DNA of 64,000 nucleotides from Camelus dromedarius (Eukaryota). The position numbers and the translations under genes were made by a program. Of the stretch, positions 25,377 to 39,025 are shown one piece after another. Below the pieces are notes generated by a model. It worked only from the letters and a program-made list of their open reading frames with translations. It was not told the DNA's origin and made no database searches. Position 1 is the first letter of the stretch; each line of letters opens with the position of its first letter. The stretch spans positions 60,080,001-60,144,000 of the forward strand of contig NC_087437.1 in the NCBI RefSeq assembly GCF_036321535.1, read 5' to 3'.

Positions 25377-26897
25377 GTTGGGTAGGAAGGAAAGCAAGGG
25401 AAGGGCCAGAGAAGGCTGGCTAGACAGCATTGGTGAGCTGGAAAGTTGGAGTCATCCAGGGAGAGCAGGAGAGGGAGACAGTGTCATGTCATCTGGAGCG
25501 ATGTGACAAAAGGCCTGAGGCCTGAGAGAGGATGGCATCTTTGGGAAACTGCAAGTGGTTCAGTCTGGCAGGTGTAAAAGATCTGCACTCAGTAGTGGCA
25601 AGAGAGAATCCTAACGTGTCAGGAAGCAGATCATGAATCTAGTTATCTTCCCGCACAAACATGCCTTCATGTCTTCGTTCTCCCTCTTTGGCTCCTGGTA
25701 CCCACTTATCTGAGACTCCTGCTTCCCACATCAAGTTGGTCCTTAAGTCCACCTGTTTCTGCCTCCTAAGAACCTCTGAAATCTGCCTTCTTCTCCCCAT
25801 GCCCACTGTGTTTGTTCAGGCCCGTCTCATCACACACATTAGTGCAACAGCCACCTCACGGACACTCCCGGTTTCACTCTCCATCTTCCTTTGCTGCCAG
25901 AGACATCACTCAGCTCAGGACAGTGCCCTTCCCAGGTGGAAGGTGTCTGGGCAGGCGGTAGGTGGATGCCCACTGCATCATGAATGAGGTGACTTTAACC
26001 TGCTGCCTGAATTTCACCAACTACTTCCTCTTCAGACCCTGGCATCCCCTGCAGCCAACTGGAGGCAGAGCACCTGCTTCCCAGAGGACTCCAGCCTCTG
26101 ATCTGCTCTTTAGGGACTTTTTTCACTGTGAATTAATAAGTTGGTATTCTGATTTTATTTTTAAAATGGAAGTTAAATTAGTTCCTCGATTTAAATCCTT
26201 CAATCACTCCCCTTCTTCTTCAGACTGAAATCTGAACTCCTTGTTATGATTTACAAGGTTGGGGGATCTGCCCTCGGCCACTTCCTTAGCTTCATGTTCC
26301 ACTGCTCCTGCAGACCCTGGACTGAATTCTTTGAGTTCTCTTGTGTGACAGTCTTTCTTCTGCCTGGGAGGCCACCTCCTCACCCTTCTATTTCTGGCTA
26401 ACTTCAGCTTGTTCCTCCATATGCAGATCAGGATTTGCTCCTGAGTGAAACTTTCCCTGACTCTTCAGACCAGGGTCAGGTGACTGTCCTTGGTGCTCCC
26501 ATACTGCCCAGTTCTAACCTTAATTACAGGTCCTGATCCTACGTGGCCTCTGAATCCTACATTGCTTTTTTCGCTTGTCTTTCCCTCTAGACTGTGAGCA
26601 ACTCAAGCAAGTTCCAGGTCAATTCTCCTAAAAGCAGTGTAGCCAAAGCACTGCCCTTTTGGCATCTGTAGGGGTAGCCTGTTTTTTTTTTCCCCCTAAT
26701 TTTTGGCAATTTTGTTTTGCTTTTTCTTGATGGAATTGCTGGATTTCCACAGACATTAGATGTGGGCACTAAGGCAACCCCCTTCAAACCGGTAACGTTG
26801 GCAGTTATCCACGATGGAGGTTGAACAGCAAAGCTGGACTGAGGTGAGGATGGGCAATTTGCAGGCAGCTGGAAGCTGCTATGGATGAGATGTGGAG

Positions 26898-26988
26898 TTT
26901 TATTTTGTTTTTTTTTTAAATGGGGACTGAACCCAGGACTTCATGCATGCTAAGCACGCACTCTACCATTGAGCTCTACGCTCCCCGC
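26898..26988 (-). mobile_element. tRNA-Ala-derived SINE (Vic-1-like, short form)
   Basis: TSD TGAGATGTGGAG (26886-26897) / TGAGATGTAGAG (26989-27000). Confidence 0.88.
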
Positions 26989-29261
26989 TGAGATGTAGAG
27001 ATTATACAGACTCTGAAGACTATTGTCTGTAAGTAGGTCCCAGTTGTAAATACTTGAAATAACTTGCTTCCCGTCGCCCATAATATTTTATACAAGTTAG
27101 TTTTTATAATTTGTAGTATTTATAATTAGCACTTCAGAATCCAGAATATGATTTAGCGATTTTAAGATCTTGATTCATGGCAAATAAAAGAGAAAGAACA
27201 GCCACAAGGGAACTAACAGCATCCTTCATAAAATGTTGAAAATTTGAAATACTAAGTCTGAGGTGCTTTTGGTCAAAGTACTTTAAAAAGTCCTTCAAAT
27301 GCCAAAAAGATAGGCATAATGACCAGAACGGATAAAATAAAAAAGGACTTTAAAAGAGATTGACTTTTGAGGCAGGCTCCACACCAATTGTGTGTTAACT
27401 TTATTCCTCTGTACTAGAAGTGGGGGGTGCAAAAATGAAGGGCAGCGTTCCCGCCCCAAGGTCCTCACCATCTAGTGCGAAAGATAGTCTGGCCAACCAA
27501 CAGCTAAGAGTGAAGGAAATAATTTAGAGTTGACATATTGGATTTGTCTTTGGAGGCAATAATTCTAAGAACAAGAAGAGCTGCCTTCCTGCCAAAGCTA
27601 ATATGTGAGCTGTCGGCATTCTTAGGCATAACTGAAATAATGAGTCAAACCAGTTCTCAGAGCAGAGAACTGAAAACATTGCCCAGGTTAGTAGTCATTG
27701 TCCCTCGGGCAGGAAACTATCATATTGTTTCTTGACTGTACTGAATCTGGTGGCCTAATATAATGTTTTCTGGGATGTTCTGTGGCTTCTATTTTCACAA
27801 AGTGGCTCTACTACCTGAATAGTTTCCTTTCAGGGTTTTTTTTTGTTGTTGTTGTTTTGCTTTTTAGTATTTTGAAATAATCATTTTTCTTCATTTTAAA
27901 TTGCTTTGCTTTATGATTTTTTTTTCAGTTTTGCATTTAACATTTATGATCATCATTGTGTATTGAATTGTCTCTGAAGAAGCCACCATTGGCTGTTCTT
28001 CGTGACTTTAAAGGGAGATGCCTTTCTTTAAGATGGTTGCGGAAGTCGTTGCTACAATGCTAGACATAATTAATGAAAGATATCGGTAAATGATGAGGCT
28101 TGTTCGAGAGCTAAGAAAGATTCTCTAAGGTAGGCTCTTCTTTGGTAAATCACTCATCGTCCTAGAGTCTCCCTTTACAGTGAGTGATTCTTTTTCTGTC
28201 CGTTGGCAGTGAACTCACTCATGAGAAGATATGGTACCTCAGGGTTTTTATTTGTTTGTCCTTTCGATGGCAGTGATACTTTCCTATTATAATTCAAAAC
28301 ATGTTTCAGAATGGGTGACATTTTCAAAGAGAAAGAAAGAAAGGATGAATGAGCTGGGGTACACTTTCTGTAACATACAAAGGGAAAATGAGAACTGGAC
28401 ACAGAAAGCACTCATACTTAGTATGAAATTAGTAGTTCCTCAATCAATGCATTAAGTACATGCAATCAGCATTTGTCCCTCAAATCAGAAGGAGGCAGCA
28501 GAGTCTCATGGGAGGGTGGGTATTAGAAACTCCTGTTCTTCATGCTTCCTGTGCTGCCCTTGTCCAGATGGCTCTAGATGCTGGGAAGGTCTCATGAAGC
28601 CAGTCAGTCCCCTGCTCCCTGGTAGAGTTGCCCCTTAGCCATATGAAACCATATTCCTAATGCTAAAAATAACCAGAGTCTGAGTCCAAGACTTCCTTGT
28701 TGACATCTCATGTGTCCTGCTCTCACTCATCTCTAATAACGTAGAGTGTCACCGGGCTTAGCCAAAACTGCTCCTTGCTAGTTATTCCTTGACTATAACC
28801 TCCTATGTAGACGTTATTGACTTGTCAAATGTAACACTGACTTTGTACCATAGATTTTTGTCTCATGGAGACAAAAACGTTTTTCTCATAGGAGGTGTTT
28901 TGTTGTTTTCTGAGGAACGAGGAACTGAATGAGGTAAATATCCCAAAATATCCTATGAGTGAATTACTTCTCTGACAGAAATTAGTGTCCAAGTTCAAGT
29001 CATAACTGTAACTGGCCACATAGTTCTGTTCAAGTCATTTCACTTTGCTGGGCATCAGTTTCTCCATTTGGAAAATGAATGTGCATATGAGGGGAATGAT
29101 ATTCCTGTGGGAAATTGTGGGAATGGAGCAGAAACAGCAAACTGGGAAGCCATCTTAATAAGTCAAAGCACATAAATATAATATATTTATATTTATTTGG
29201 GTTTTGTTTTCACTTTCATGATTGGATCTTTCTGGGTCCTAGGGCATTTTTCAGCCTCCGA

Positions 29262-29560
29262 ATTCATTCATTCATTCAATAAAAATGTATTGAGAGTCTA
29301 TTGTGTGTCAGGCATTATCCTAAGTTCTGAGGATACAAGAATGTAGAAAAAAGCAAGGTTCCTGTTTTCAGAGAGCCTACATTGTAGTGATATGAATAGA
29401 CAATAAATACATAAGTAAATAAGTAAACAAGATAATTACAGATTGTGAAAAATGGTAAGAAAGAAATTTTAAAATGCATAAGAGGATGAATGGTAATTGG
29501 GGCAATCACTTTTAGGTAGATGCCTGTAGAGATACCATCTGAGCTGCGAAATGAATGCCA
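29262..29560 (-). mobile_element. L2 3' end relic
   Basis: (TTCA)n-ATAAAAATGTATTGAGAGTCTATTGTGTGTCAGGCA is the antisense L2 3' terminus. Confidence 0.7.
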
Positions 29561-30606
29561 AAATGAAATGCCAACAACTTTAGTTTCTATGTCTGCCAAG
29601 GTAGAGAGGTTATTCATACTAGTAAATCCTAGGTGCAAAAATGACCCATCTAGACTGTTTCCCATGCACAGATCACGTTGTTGACAAAATGCCCTTAGGC
29701 AGAAGGCCAGAGACGGCAGCCTCAATTTTATTGACTTCCATAGCATCCTCCAGTAGGGTTGGTCCTGGTCATTACCAACCACTCCCTCATTTGGGAAGGG
29801 TAGACAGGGGGAGGCCTCTGACTCTAGTACAGGCCCTGACCTCACCCGTCCTGCTCCACCTAGGCTGCAGGTGGAAAATGAACATGTGCTGAGTCACAGC
29901 TGAACTGTGCTGACAAAGGAGTACCACCTGCTTTTTCCTGAACTGCGCATTCTGGCCAGGGAGCTCCTGAGCCCATTTGTCACCTCCTGGGGACAGAGCA
30001 GGCTCACAGAGCACTGGCAGCTCTTTTGACCTGGGAAGGGTTGGAGACAGAAGGGTCGGATTAAAAGCAGGTGGAGCTGGTGGCTGCCTATGTCATATGA
30101 CTGGAATTTTTCTCCCCTGACCTGTCTCAATGCTTGAAATTCTACTACTAGAAGTTAGCATCCAATCCACTCAGCTTTATAAACTTTTTTTTTTTGGTTT
30201 GTTTTTTAGACTTCAGGACTCTGAAGATTAAATTTTTGGAGGAAGGGAGGTCATTCTTTAAACATTTTTATATCTTAAAAGAGACTCACAAAAATTCTAA
30301 AAATGAGAGGAATCCACTTACAGGTGTTATACGCTGGATCTCAGCCAGAATTGCTCCAGCTCTAAAATGACAAATTCATACACCCTACTCTTAGGGCGTG
30401 ACTCCTAGTCTTCTAAGCGTCCCACTGAGTCATTCCCACTACAACTGCTCTTCAGCCTCCCAGAGAGCTCTCCACGAGAGGTTCATGGTCTGTGTCTGAC
30501 GAAAGACACATGTGCAGATAACCGTAACTCAAGGTAGAGAGCCATGAATCCTTGTCTGCTATTTCCCACCATTCAGCTTCATTAAAAAAAAAAAAAAAAA
30601 AAAAAA

Positions 30607-30955
30607 TTATGGCAGCTGAAAATGTGCCCCCTCCCAAAGATATCAGGTCCTAATCCCTGAAACCTGTAAATGTTAAATCTGGAAAAAGGGATCTTTGCTG
30701 ATGTGATTAATGGTCTTGAGATGGGGAGGTTAGCCTGGATTATCCAGATGAGCCCTAAATGCCATGGCAAGTGGGCTATAAGAGGGAGGCAAAGGAAGAT
30801 TTCACACACACACACACTCCTGTGCACAAGAAGACAGAGTAGAAAGAGAGTTGAAAATTGGAATGACGTGGCCACAAACCAAGGAATGCTGGCAGCCCCC
30901 AGAAGCTGGAAGAGGTGAGGAACAGATTCTCCCCTAGAGCCTGCAGAGGCCATCA
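30607..30955 (+). mobile_element. MLT1D-like LTR, 3'-truncated
   Basis: CCCAAAGATATCAGGTCCTAATCCCTGAAACCTG...CTTGAGATGGGGAGGTTAGCCTGGATTATCCAG...CAGATTCTCCCCTAGAGCC. Confidence 0.8.
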
Positions 30956-31388
30956 TCTCAGATGAAATGGGAGTGTGGTGGGATGGGAGTTCAGTTCAGA
31001 AAGGTCTGGAAGCCTGAGGTAACTGTTGTAAGAAGAAGCCTATTTCTTTGGAGCTTGGCATTCGACTTGCCAGAGGGCCAGGCTGAACTAGAAGGAAGTT
31101 TTAGGACCTAAAGTTTTAGGGCTTACACTACAAAGCAGGACTAAAAGAGGGAAGAAAAATCACTCTGTAATCCCACAATTCTAACACATTAATTGCTGTC
31201 ATTTCTCTTTTCACTTTTACTCTTTGATTTTTATGCCATCATTTTATGTAACTACAAGTACAACTTAGGTACAGTGCTGCCTTCTTTTTTTAACTCAGCA
31301 TTATATTGTGAACACTTTTGTCTTAGGGCTATTTTAGGTTGCAAGGAACATTCACTTAGTCAAGTTAAATTACCTCAGAAAAAAGGAC

Positions 31389-31446
31389 TGTGTGTGTGTA
31401 AGTGTGTGTGTAGGTATGTGTGTAGGTGTGTGTGTGTGTGTATGTA
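31389..31446. repeat. Imperfect (TG)n microsatellite, probably within an old MLT1-type relic (about 31320-31975)
   Basis: Interrupted TG repeats read directly; the host element call is tentative. Confidence 0.7.
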
Positions 31447-32884
31447 CGTACCTAATCTTACAGAAATCCAAGGACAGCCACCTAAGACAGCTAAGCTGCA
31501 CAGGAATTTGGAGCTAGGACACAGAAAGCCATCAGCTACTGAGGCTGCTCTGTCAGGGGTCTTGGGTAAGGTCTCTGCTTATCTTTGCATTTCTGTTCTG
31601 CCCTCTCACAATTCAGCTGTGCATCGCCAAAAATGGCCAGCCCAAACTAAATGACCTCACTCATGTAGCGTTTTCAATTATCCTCTCTCCAGATCTCTTA
31701 CTGTCAAATTCTGGTTAGATTGGCCTAATTTATCTTTTCCATTCAGGCGGGCCACAAAAATCAGAGGCTTCTGTTCAGCCTGTGGGTCGGCTGTCATTAG
31801 CTCAAGTGGACACACCTTGGTCCTATCAGATGTAGCTGGGTAGGCAGAGCACGTGCTCCAGACTCTCTCTCTGCAGGCAGCAAGGCCATATGCAGGGACC
31901 CCTCTTCTTCCTTCATCCCCTTCCCCGGACTAGTGGTGACTATGGGTGGGCAGACACCAGCTCCTGTGTGGCTTCCTAGTTCTCACAACAATGGGTTTTA
32001 ATGAGTACGCCATATTATGTCAAGTGGCTCTTCCAAAATCTATGATCTCATTCCTCTGCTGTTGGTTTTGATTTAGTTCCTTTCAGTTTGGGGGCTGCTA
32101 CAAGTAAAAGTATGATGAACGTTTTAATACACACATCTTCCCTTTGATCTGGACAATATAAAATAATCTTTAAACTACATAGATTGTATTTTCTGAACAC
32201 CTTCAGGATATAAAACATAACCTTGCATTTTGTTTGTTAGTTTGTTTAAAAAATGTCTGTACCCGCTAGAGATTTATCCTTAGGTAGTTAATGGGCAAAA
32301 TAATAGGATGTGATTTTAGGATTTGCTTCAAAACACTCTAAGAAAAAAAACTGGGAGCGGGTGGGAGATAGCCAACACAAGATTGGTGAACTGTTGATGA
32401 CTGCTGGAGCTGCTGATGGGTACCTGGGATTCACTTATTTATGGCCACAGGGGGATTTACCACCATCTCTATTTTGCTGTTTACTTCCCACTTCTGTTCT
32501 CTTCCTCTCCTTTCTGGATTTTTTTGTTGTTTTCCCACGTATTTCACCTAGACACTTGGTGCCCTCATGCTGCCCTCTGGATTCCCCTCAATTTTTCTCA
32601 GATTCAATCACCTCTGATACCTGTTCCATAGTTTCCTTTTCCTTTACCAAAAACCTCAAGTCCATGCATCTATCCACCCATCCAGTAATTCATCCCGCAA
32701 GAAATCTGAGACTATGTGTTGGGCAATACACTGTAAAAGGTGTCAGATATAGTCACATTCATTATTTGAGATGCCATAAATAGCTGTTAAGAGGAACACA
32801 GTCATAACTTATTTTGTACCATGAGACACGAGATAGATAGGCAGCTTAATACTCTTGGGAAGAACTGTATTTAGAAGAGGAGCC

Positions 32885-32903
32885 AAGTGCCCTCTGGTGG
32901 AGG
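32885..32903 (-). promoter_or_regulatory. Candidate CTCF site CCTCCACCAGAGGGCACTT
   Basis: Core CCACCAGAGGGCAC fits the CTCF consensus CCACYAGRKGGCRS. Confidence 0.6.
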
Positions 32904-33972
32904 GGACAGCGGCTGAGCTGGGAGGAGAGGGCCTCCTCCAATTCCTACCTACTCCTCACTGCCTTTTTGTCCAGCCTTTAGGAATTTCGAATTGCAAACT
33001 ATATTTTGAGGTCATATTTATTTAGTAAAATGAAAATTATACATATTAAGGTTCTTGGAATTTTTGTAACCTTCAATATAGAGCATTGAAGAGTCTCAAG
33101 TGCTCAAGGGAAATTAATATTTTATATTCATGCTGAAAATGCCAACATCTAATCAAATGCCTTAATTTTCTGTTCATTTCCCAAAACGTTAGTGGGTGAT
33201 AAATGTTATATGAACTAAGTGCCATTGTAGGGTTGTTCTGATTTTAATAGTCATGATGTATAAAAAACAAAAAACCTCCAGGTGGTTGCTCACCTCCTGA
33301 TGCTGGAACACCCAGAGGTGTGACTGTACAGCCTTGTGGGTATCTGGGCCTTGCAGGGGCTGAGGCCTTCTTGGAGCTCCCACAGCTTCCTCCACACGAC
33401 TCTACCTTTGCACCCCTCAGCTTGGATTATAACTGCATCTTTACTTGTGAGTCTCCCTCACGAGTCTGTGAGCTTCTGTGGGAGTACAGGGATTCTGTAT
33501 TTCCAAGGCCTGGGAGGCAACTGGGTCCCAGTAAATATCAGTTGAATGAAAGACCATCAAAAATTATTTTCTTAAAAAAAATTCCTGTAACTTCTCCCTC
33601 ATAGATTCTCTTCTTCCTTGCCAGACCCCAAGATGGTCCCATTCTTTAGCCTGACTCTGATGTCCTCCTGAAGAGAAAGTAAATGCTTCCAGGAAATGGC
33701 CTGTCAGAGACTCCAAAACTCCAAATAATTCCTCCCTAAGGACTGCCTTCTGCAGGGTGGGGGCGCCTGGATTCAGGTCACCCAGAATACACCTTTGCCA
33801 TCAGCTTTCCATTTCCAGGAACAGGATTGTTACCTTTAAACTCAAACTGTTCAGTGCTTATTTTTTTTTCAATAACTGCTTAAGGATTTCCAAACATAAG
33901 CTTATAATTACAAACCCCAGAATAATTAGTCCAATTTGGAATCTACTGTGAGTATAGCAGGTCAGCAACAAG

Positions 33973-33978
33973 TTTATT
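33973..33978 (-). terminator. APOD: APOD polyadenylation signal AATAAA
   Basis: First canonical hexamer after the stop codon, about 215 nt downstream. Confidence 0.8.
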
Positions 33979-34193
33979 ATCAGGCTTGCAAGGTAACAAG
34001 GTGGTGCGTGGCTAAGTGTTTGGGCCCACTTGCCTTGAGTTCCTCTCCACTAGCTTTTGTTGTCACATTTCCCTTCTGGTATTTGCAATGGTTTGCCATG
34101 ATGGGTTGGGTTGTCTTTATGAGGGGTGGTGTGGGGGAAAAGCAAAGCAAAAGAAGGAACATGGAGTGAATGCAGCCTCCCTTTAGAGCCTGG

Positions 34194-34481
<288 letters not shown>

Positions 34482-34527
34482 TCATCTCCAGGACCCTGGA
34501 AGCCAGGCTCTGCGGTCTGAGTTCTAC

Positions 34528-34690
34528 ATCAGTGGCTTTTAATTCTGGCTTCGTGTGGGAATCATACAGGAACTTTGGAAAATACTAGGTCCAACTCCCC
34601 ACACCCACCGATTCCCAGATTCTGAACTGGAGATTGCTGGTACTTTTGAAAATTCCTCAGTGATTCTAATGAGGAGCGGGAGTTCAGAGC
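34528..34690. mobile_element. MER5-like hAT relic
   Basis: CAGTGGCTTTTAA...GGAATCA...CAGATTCTGA...TTTTGAAAATTCCTCAGTGATTCTAATG. Confidence 0.45.
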
Positions 34691-35765
34691 CATCATTCTG
34701 GATCCCCTCCCTGACCACAGGTTGGCACCTGGAAACCAACAGTACCTGGGGCATTTGGCTAGACCCCCTGGACTGACAGGCTGCACTTAGCACCAGTGCA
34801 CATGGAGCCACCACTTAGCTAAGCAGTCAGGAGTGTAAGGTCCAGGACCCTAGGCTTTCTGAGTCTGTACCGCTCATCTTCCTCTAGAACCCGCCTTAGG
34901 GAGGAGGTAGGAGCTACTGTTGGTTTGTTTGTTTTTCTTCTTGCGTGACCTTCAAAAATCCCTGCATTCTTAAGAATAAGGTAAATCAGGTGGTAACAGG
35001 TTACAAACTCTTCCTCTCAAAGGGCCTATAAAGATTCACTGATTGACATCTGCATAGTGTTGAAAGCTCAACATTAAAAGGGTCCTTAAGAAGAGAGATG
35101 GAGGATTTACCTTCTCTACCTGACTCCAGAAGTTTCCTCCGTGAACTTGACCTCCCCAGCCAAGGTCCAAGCCAAGTGTGTGGCTGACCTACATCAGCTC
35201 CATCTTAGGCCCGCAGTCCTACCCCCTCCCCTTTGTGTGTCACTGAACTTCAGCCTCCTCACAAGGAATGCGCCCAAGCCAGATAAGCCTCTTACCAACT
35301 TTCACCCTTGTCTTCATCTGATTTGAAATCTAGAAGAATGTCTTTGCTGACACAGATGGTTAATGGTCATGAGACCCCTGGGGAGGGGGAGGGGAGGAAA
35401 ACCCCTCCGTTTCTGTAGGTGTGGACGTGCTTCTCCCTGGTAGTTAGATTCTATTTTAGCTTTGGCCCCTTTAAGTCCCCCTGTACCCGTTTTGAATGTC
35501 TCTGATGGTCGTCCACCTGGTTCTGCCAGTATGTAAGTTACCCACGATAAACTTCATAATTGCACTTTCTGGAATTGCCTGCTTTGTTTTTCAGTCTCAA
35601 AGATCATTTTCATTCAGAGGATATTATTCAATAACATTACCTCTGAATACCAAGGAAAATGCATTGCCCAGCTTGTTTAAGTTGAGAGAAAGATGGACCC
35701 AAATGAAACCCCAACAATGTAGCTAGAACGTGGCAGAGCCAGGACTCAAACTTACCTTCACTTTT

Positions 35766-35891
35766 TTGTTGTTGGTGGTGGGAAGGCAATTAGGTTTATC
35801 TACTATAGTTTTTAATGGTGGTACTGGGGATTGAACCCAGGACCTCATACATGCTAAGCACGAGCTCTACCACTGAGCTTTAACCTCCCCC
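35766..35891 (-). mobile_element. tRNA-Ala-derived SINE (Vic-1-like, long form) in the last APOD intron
   Basis: Perfect 16-bp TSD ACTTACCTTCACTTTT at 35750-35765 and 35892-35907. Confidence 0.92.
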
Positions 35892-36104
35892 ACTTACCTT
35901 CACTTTTATCATCACCAGCTTCCAAGCTTTCGCACGTGTTAGTTGTTCTGCTAATAACTACTAATTTCTCAGTTATTTGTTTTCTGTGGGAAACAAGACT
36001 GGCTTGGGTCTCCTACTGCTCATGCCCAATGTGCTCCAATTGGTGCTTCCTCTTTTTAAACAATTACTGTGTAGTTTTATAGTAAATCACTTGGGTGCTT
36101 GTCA

Positions 36105-36467
<363 letters not shown>

Positions 36468-37849
36468 TCATTAAAAACCAAAAATCAATGAAAGGCTAGA
36501 TTTGTGATGTTAACAATCGTGGTGGCCAACGTTGTGATTTCTGGTTAGGGGTGTTTTGAAGGGAGGCTGGGTCCTAAGTCCATTCCCTCCCCTTTGCTTT
36601 CTCACTGTCTCTGAGACCAAGCCAAGGAGGACAGCTTGGGGTGATAAGAAATAACAATTGTACTGCCCCAGGATTGGGTAATATGTGAGGCCCTGGCACT
36701 TCAATACTGTTTTTTGGAGTGTCTGTAGTGACCTGCAAGGCTATTTCCTGCTCCCAGACTCCAAACCAAGAGGGAAGAAATGAGAAGGGGAAAATAAGCA
36801 AACAAAACAACTCAACACAGAAAGAAGATTCACATCTTTAAAAATGAGAAGAGGCCAGAGGAAAAAATTAAAGACTGACTTGATTGTGGGAAATAATGCA
36901 AAACATGGAGTGTGGAGATCTGTAAAGTTCCCTTCTCTTTGGGCTTCACTGATAGCATGTGGCATCATCTGTCCCATCAAGGGGTCCATGCCTGAGCTCT
37001 GAGACCTCATCCAGTTTAGCAAGCTTCTGACTGGGGTGTGGACCGGGCGAAAGCAGGCAATGAGGAAACATTTACCTCCCTTCAGGAATTGTCTGGGGCA
37101 TCTAGATCTCAGGGACTTTACGTGTGAAGAAATGTGCATCTTACAATTAATGCCATCTTACACTTACAAATGGCAGTATCATTTCTTTCTGCATAAAAGG
37201 GTAGTGCGTCTTAAAAGCAATGGTCTTTGATTGGATAGATGAAATACTTTTACTCTTTTGAAGGGAGCTGGCCCCATTTCTGGATAACTTCCACTGACCT
37301 CATGGATCTAGGGGAGAGGGGAAAGGCCTAGGGATTGGGGATTGAGGCCACGAAGTGGGGTGCTCAGGAATCAGGGTGCTCTTTCTAGTAGGCCAACAGA
37401 GGAGCTGCCTGTTCACCAGTTCTTAGAGGGGCACACAAACTAAAATGAGAGCTTTAGCGTGTGCTAGAAAGTCAGGAAGCTATAGTAGTGGTGATGGATG
37501 TCCTAGAAACCAGACAATAAGCAGCAGGTAAAGGGGCACGTGGGAAATGCTCTCTGATGCTGCTGAATTGCATAATCTGTTTATCACTGAGCAAGGCTGG
37601 AGAGCGTGCCCTGTTCTCTCACCTGGAACTCAATCTGTAAGACAGGAGATGGTCCATTTCTATCTACATACAGTTGCTTAGCAACAAATCAGTCTCTTCC
37701 CAACAGACTTTCCCCCTTTGCACCATCATTTATGTTTTGCTCCAGAACAGTTTTCAAAACACCAGTCTCTGATCATAAACTCACAATTTGTTCATAGGAA
37801 AAATGCACTTGTGTTGTCAAGGGTGGCAGCAGATTAACAACAATAGGTA

Positions 37850-38075
37850 ATATTGCTTGATTACTACATGCCAAACACTGTTCTAAGTCCTTTACATGTG
37901 CTACCTCATTTAATGCTCACACAGCCTTATGGAGGGAGGTATTACGATTATTGCCATTTTACAGAGGAGGAGACTGAGGCTTAGAAAATTGTCATAACTA
38001 ACCTAAGATTGCATCATTAGGAAGTGGTAGAACCAAGATTTGAAACCAGGCAGCCTAACCCCAAAGCTTGAGCCC
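37850..38075 (-). mobile_element. MIR
   Basis: CCTCATTTAATGCTCACACAGCC...CCATTTTACAGAGGAGGAGACTGAGGCTTAGA...GATTTGAAACCAGGCAG core. Confidence 0.75.
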
Positions 38076-38779
38076 TTCAGTCCCAGCCCTGTGCCGGCCG
38101 CTTCGGCCCTCACATTCCGACACTGGCTAAGAGTATTTTGCCCAGACTCCCTGCTGTGCCCTCCATGTGCTCTGCAGCACTCCTGGGAGGAGAAACTATA
38201 CTGTTTTCCCCGAACTAACAAACCTCTTTCCACGTGCCATTGCTCTCAAGTAGGAGTGAGCCTAGGGGCAGAGTGACCTAATACTCAGGATATAGTTGAG
38301 GAGGACTCCTGGCCAACTCAGGAGAGCTAGGGGAATCGCCTGGGTTTTGAGATCTGTATCAGTGTCTGACTCTTGGTCTTAGAATGGGACAAACTATTTA
38401 AAATGAAGTCATTGTCACTTTGGGGCCTTCAGAATCCCTGCGAGAGCTTCTGGGGATCTGCATCTCAATTCCTGCAGCCCTTCCTGGGCTCTGAAATGAG
38501 CAGGGTTTTTCTTTAGAGTTCCTCAAGATTCTTACTCTGTTTCTTTGGTTTCTGCAGGGTCAGGGAGTCAGCCTTCTGTTTTGGCTCACAGGAGGCTTAG
38601 TGGGTAATAGGGTGGCCACGGCAAGCCTCTCTGAGCCTGAGTAACTTCCAGGATGGATTGTAGTTGTTTTCTTGGAGTTGAAAACAATTCTCAGACTCTG
38701 GAGGAAACAGGAAGGACAATCTTTCATTCCCAGCCTCTTTCATTTATCTTCTGGTCTCTGCCCCATTTCAATTCTCCCT

Positions 38780-39025
38780 GGTTTTGAATCTCAGCTTTGT
38801 CACTTATAAGCTGTGTGACCCTTCGCCAAATTACTTTACCTCATCCATAAAAATGGGCTTAATAATAGCACCTACCTCGGGGTTGTTATGGGAATTAAAT
38901 GAACATATACATGTCCATTTACATATACATACATAAATGCATCCATATTATACATATGTATATGTGTGCACATATATAGAACAGTGCCTGGCACACAGGA
39001 AATAATTAATACTGGTCACTGTTGT
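38780..39025 (+). mobile_element. MIR
   Basis: GCTGTGTGACC...CCTCATCCATAAAAATGGG...GTTGTTATGGGAATTAAATGA...TAGAACAGTGCCTGGCACACAG. Confidence 0.75.

Noticed and set aside
29315..31654. ORFs of 176, 124 and 153 aa
   Set aside because: They run through L2, MLT1 and (TG)n sequence, with no recognisable domains.
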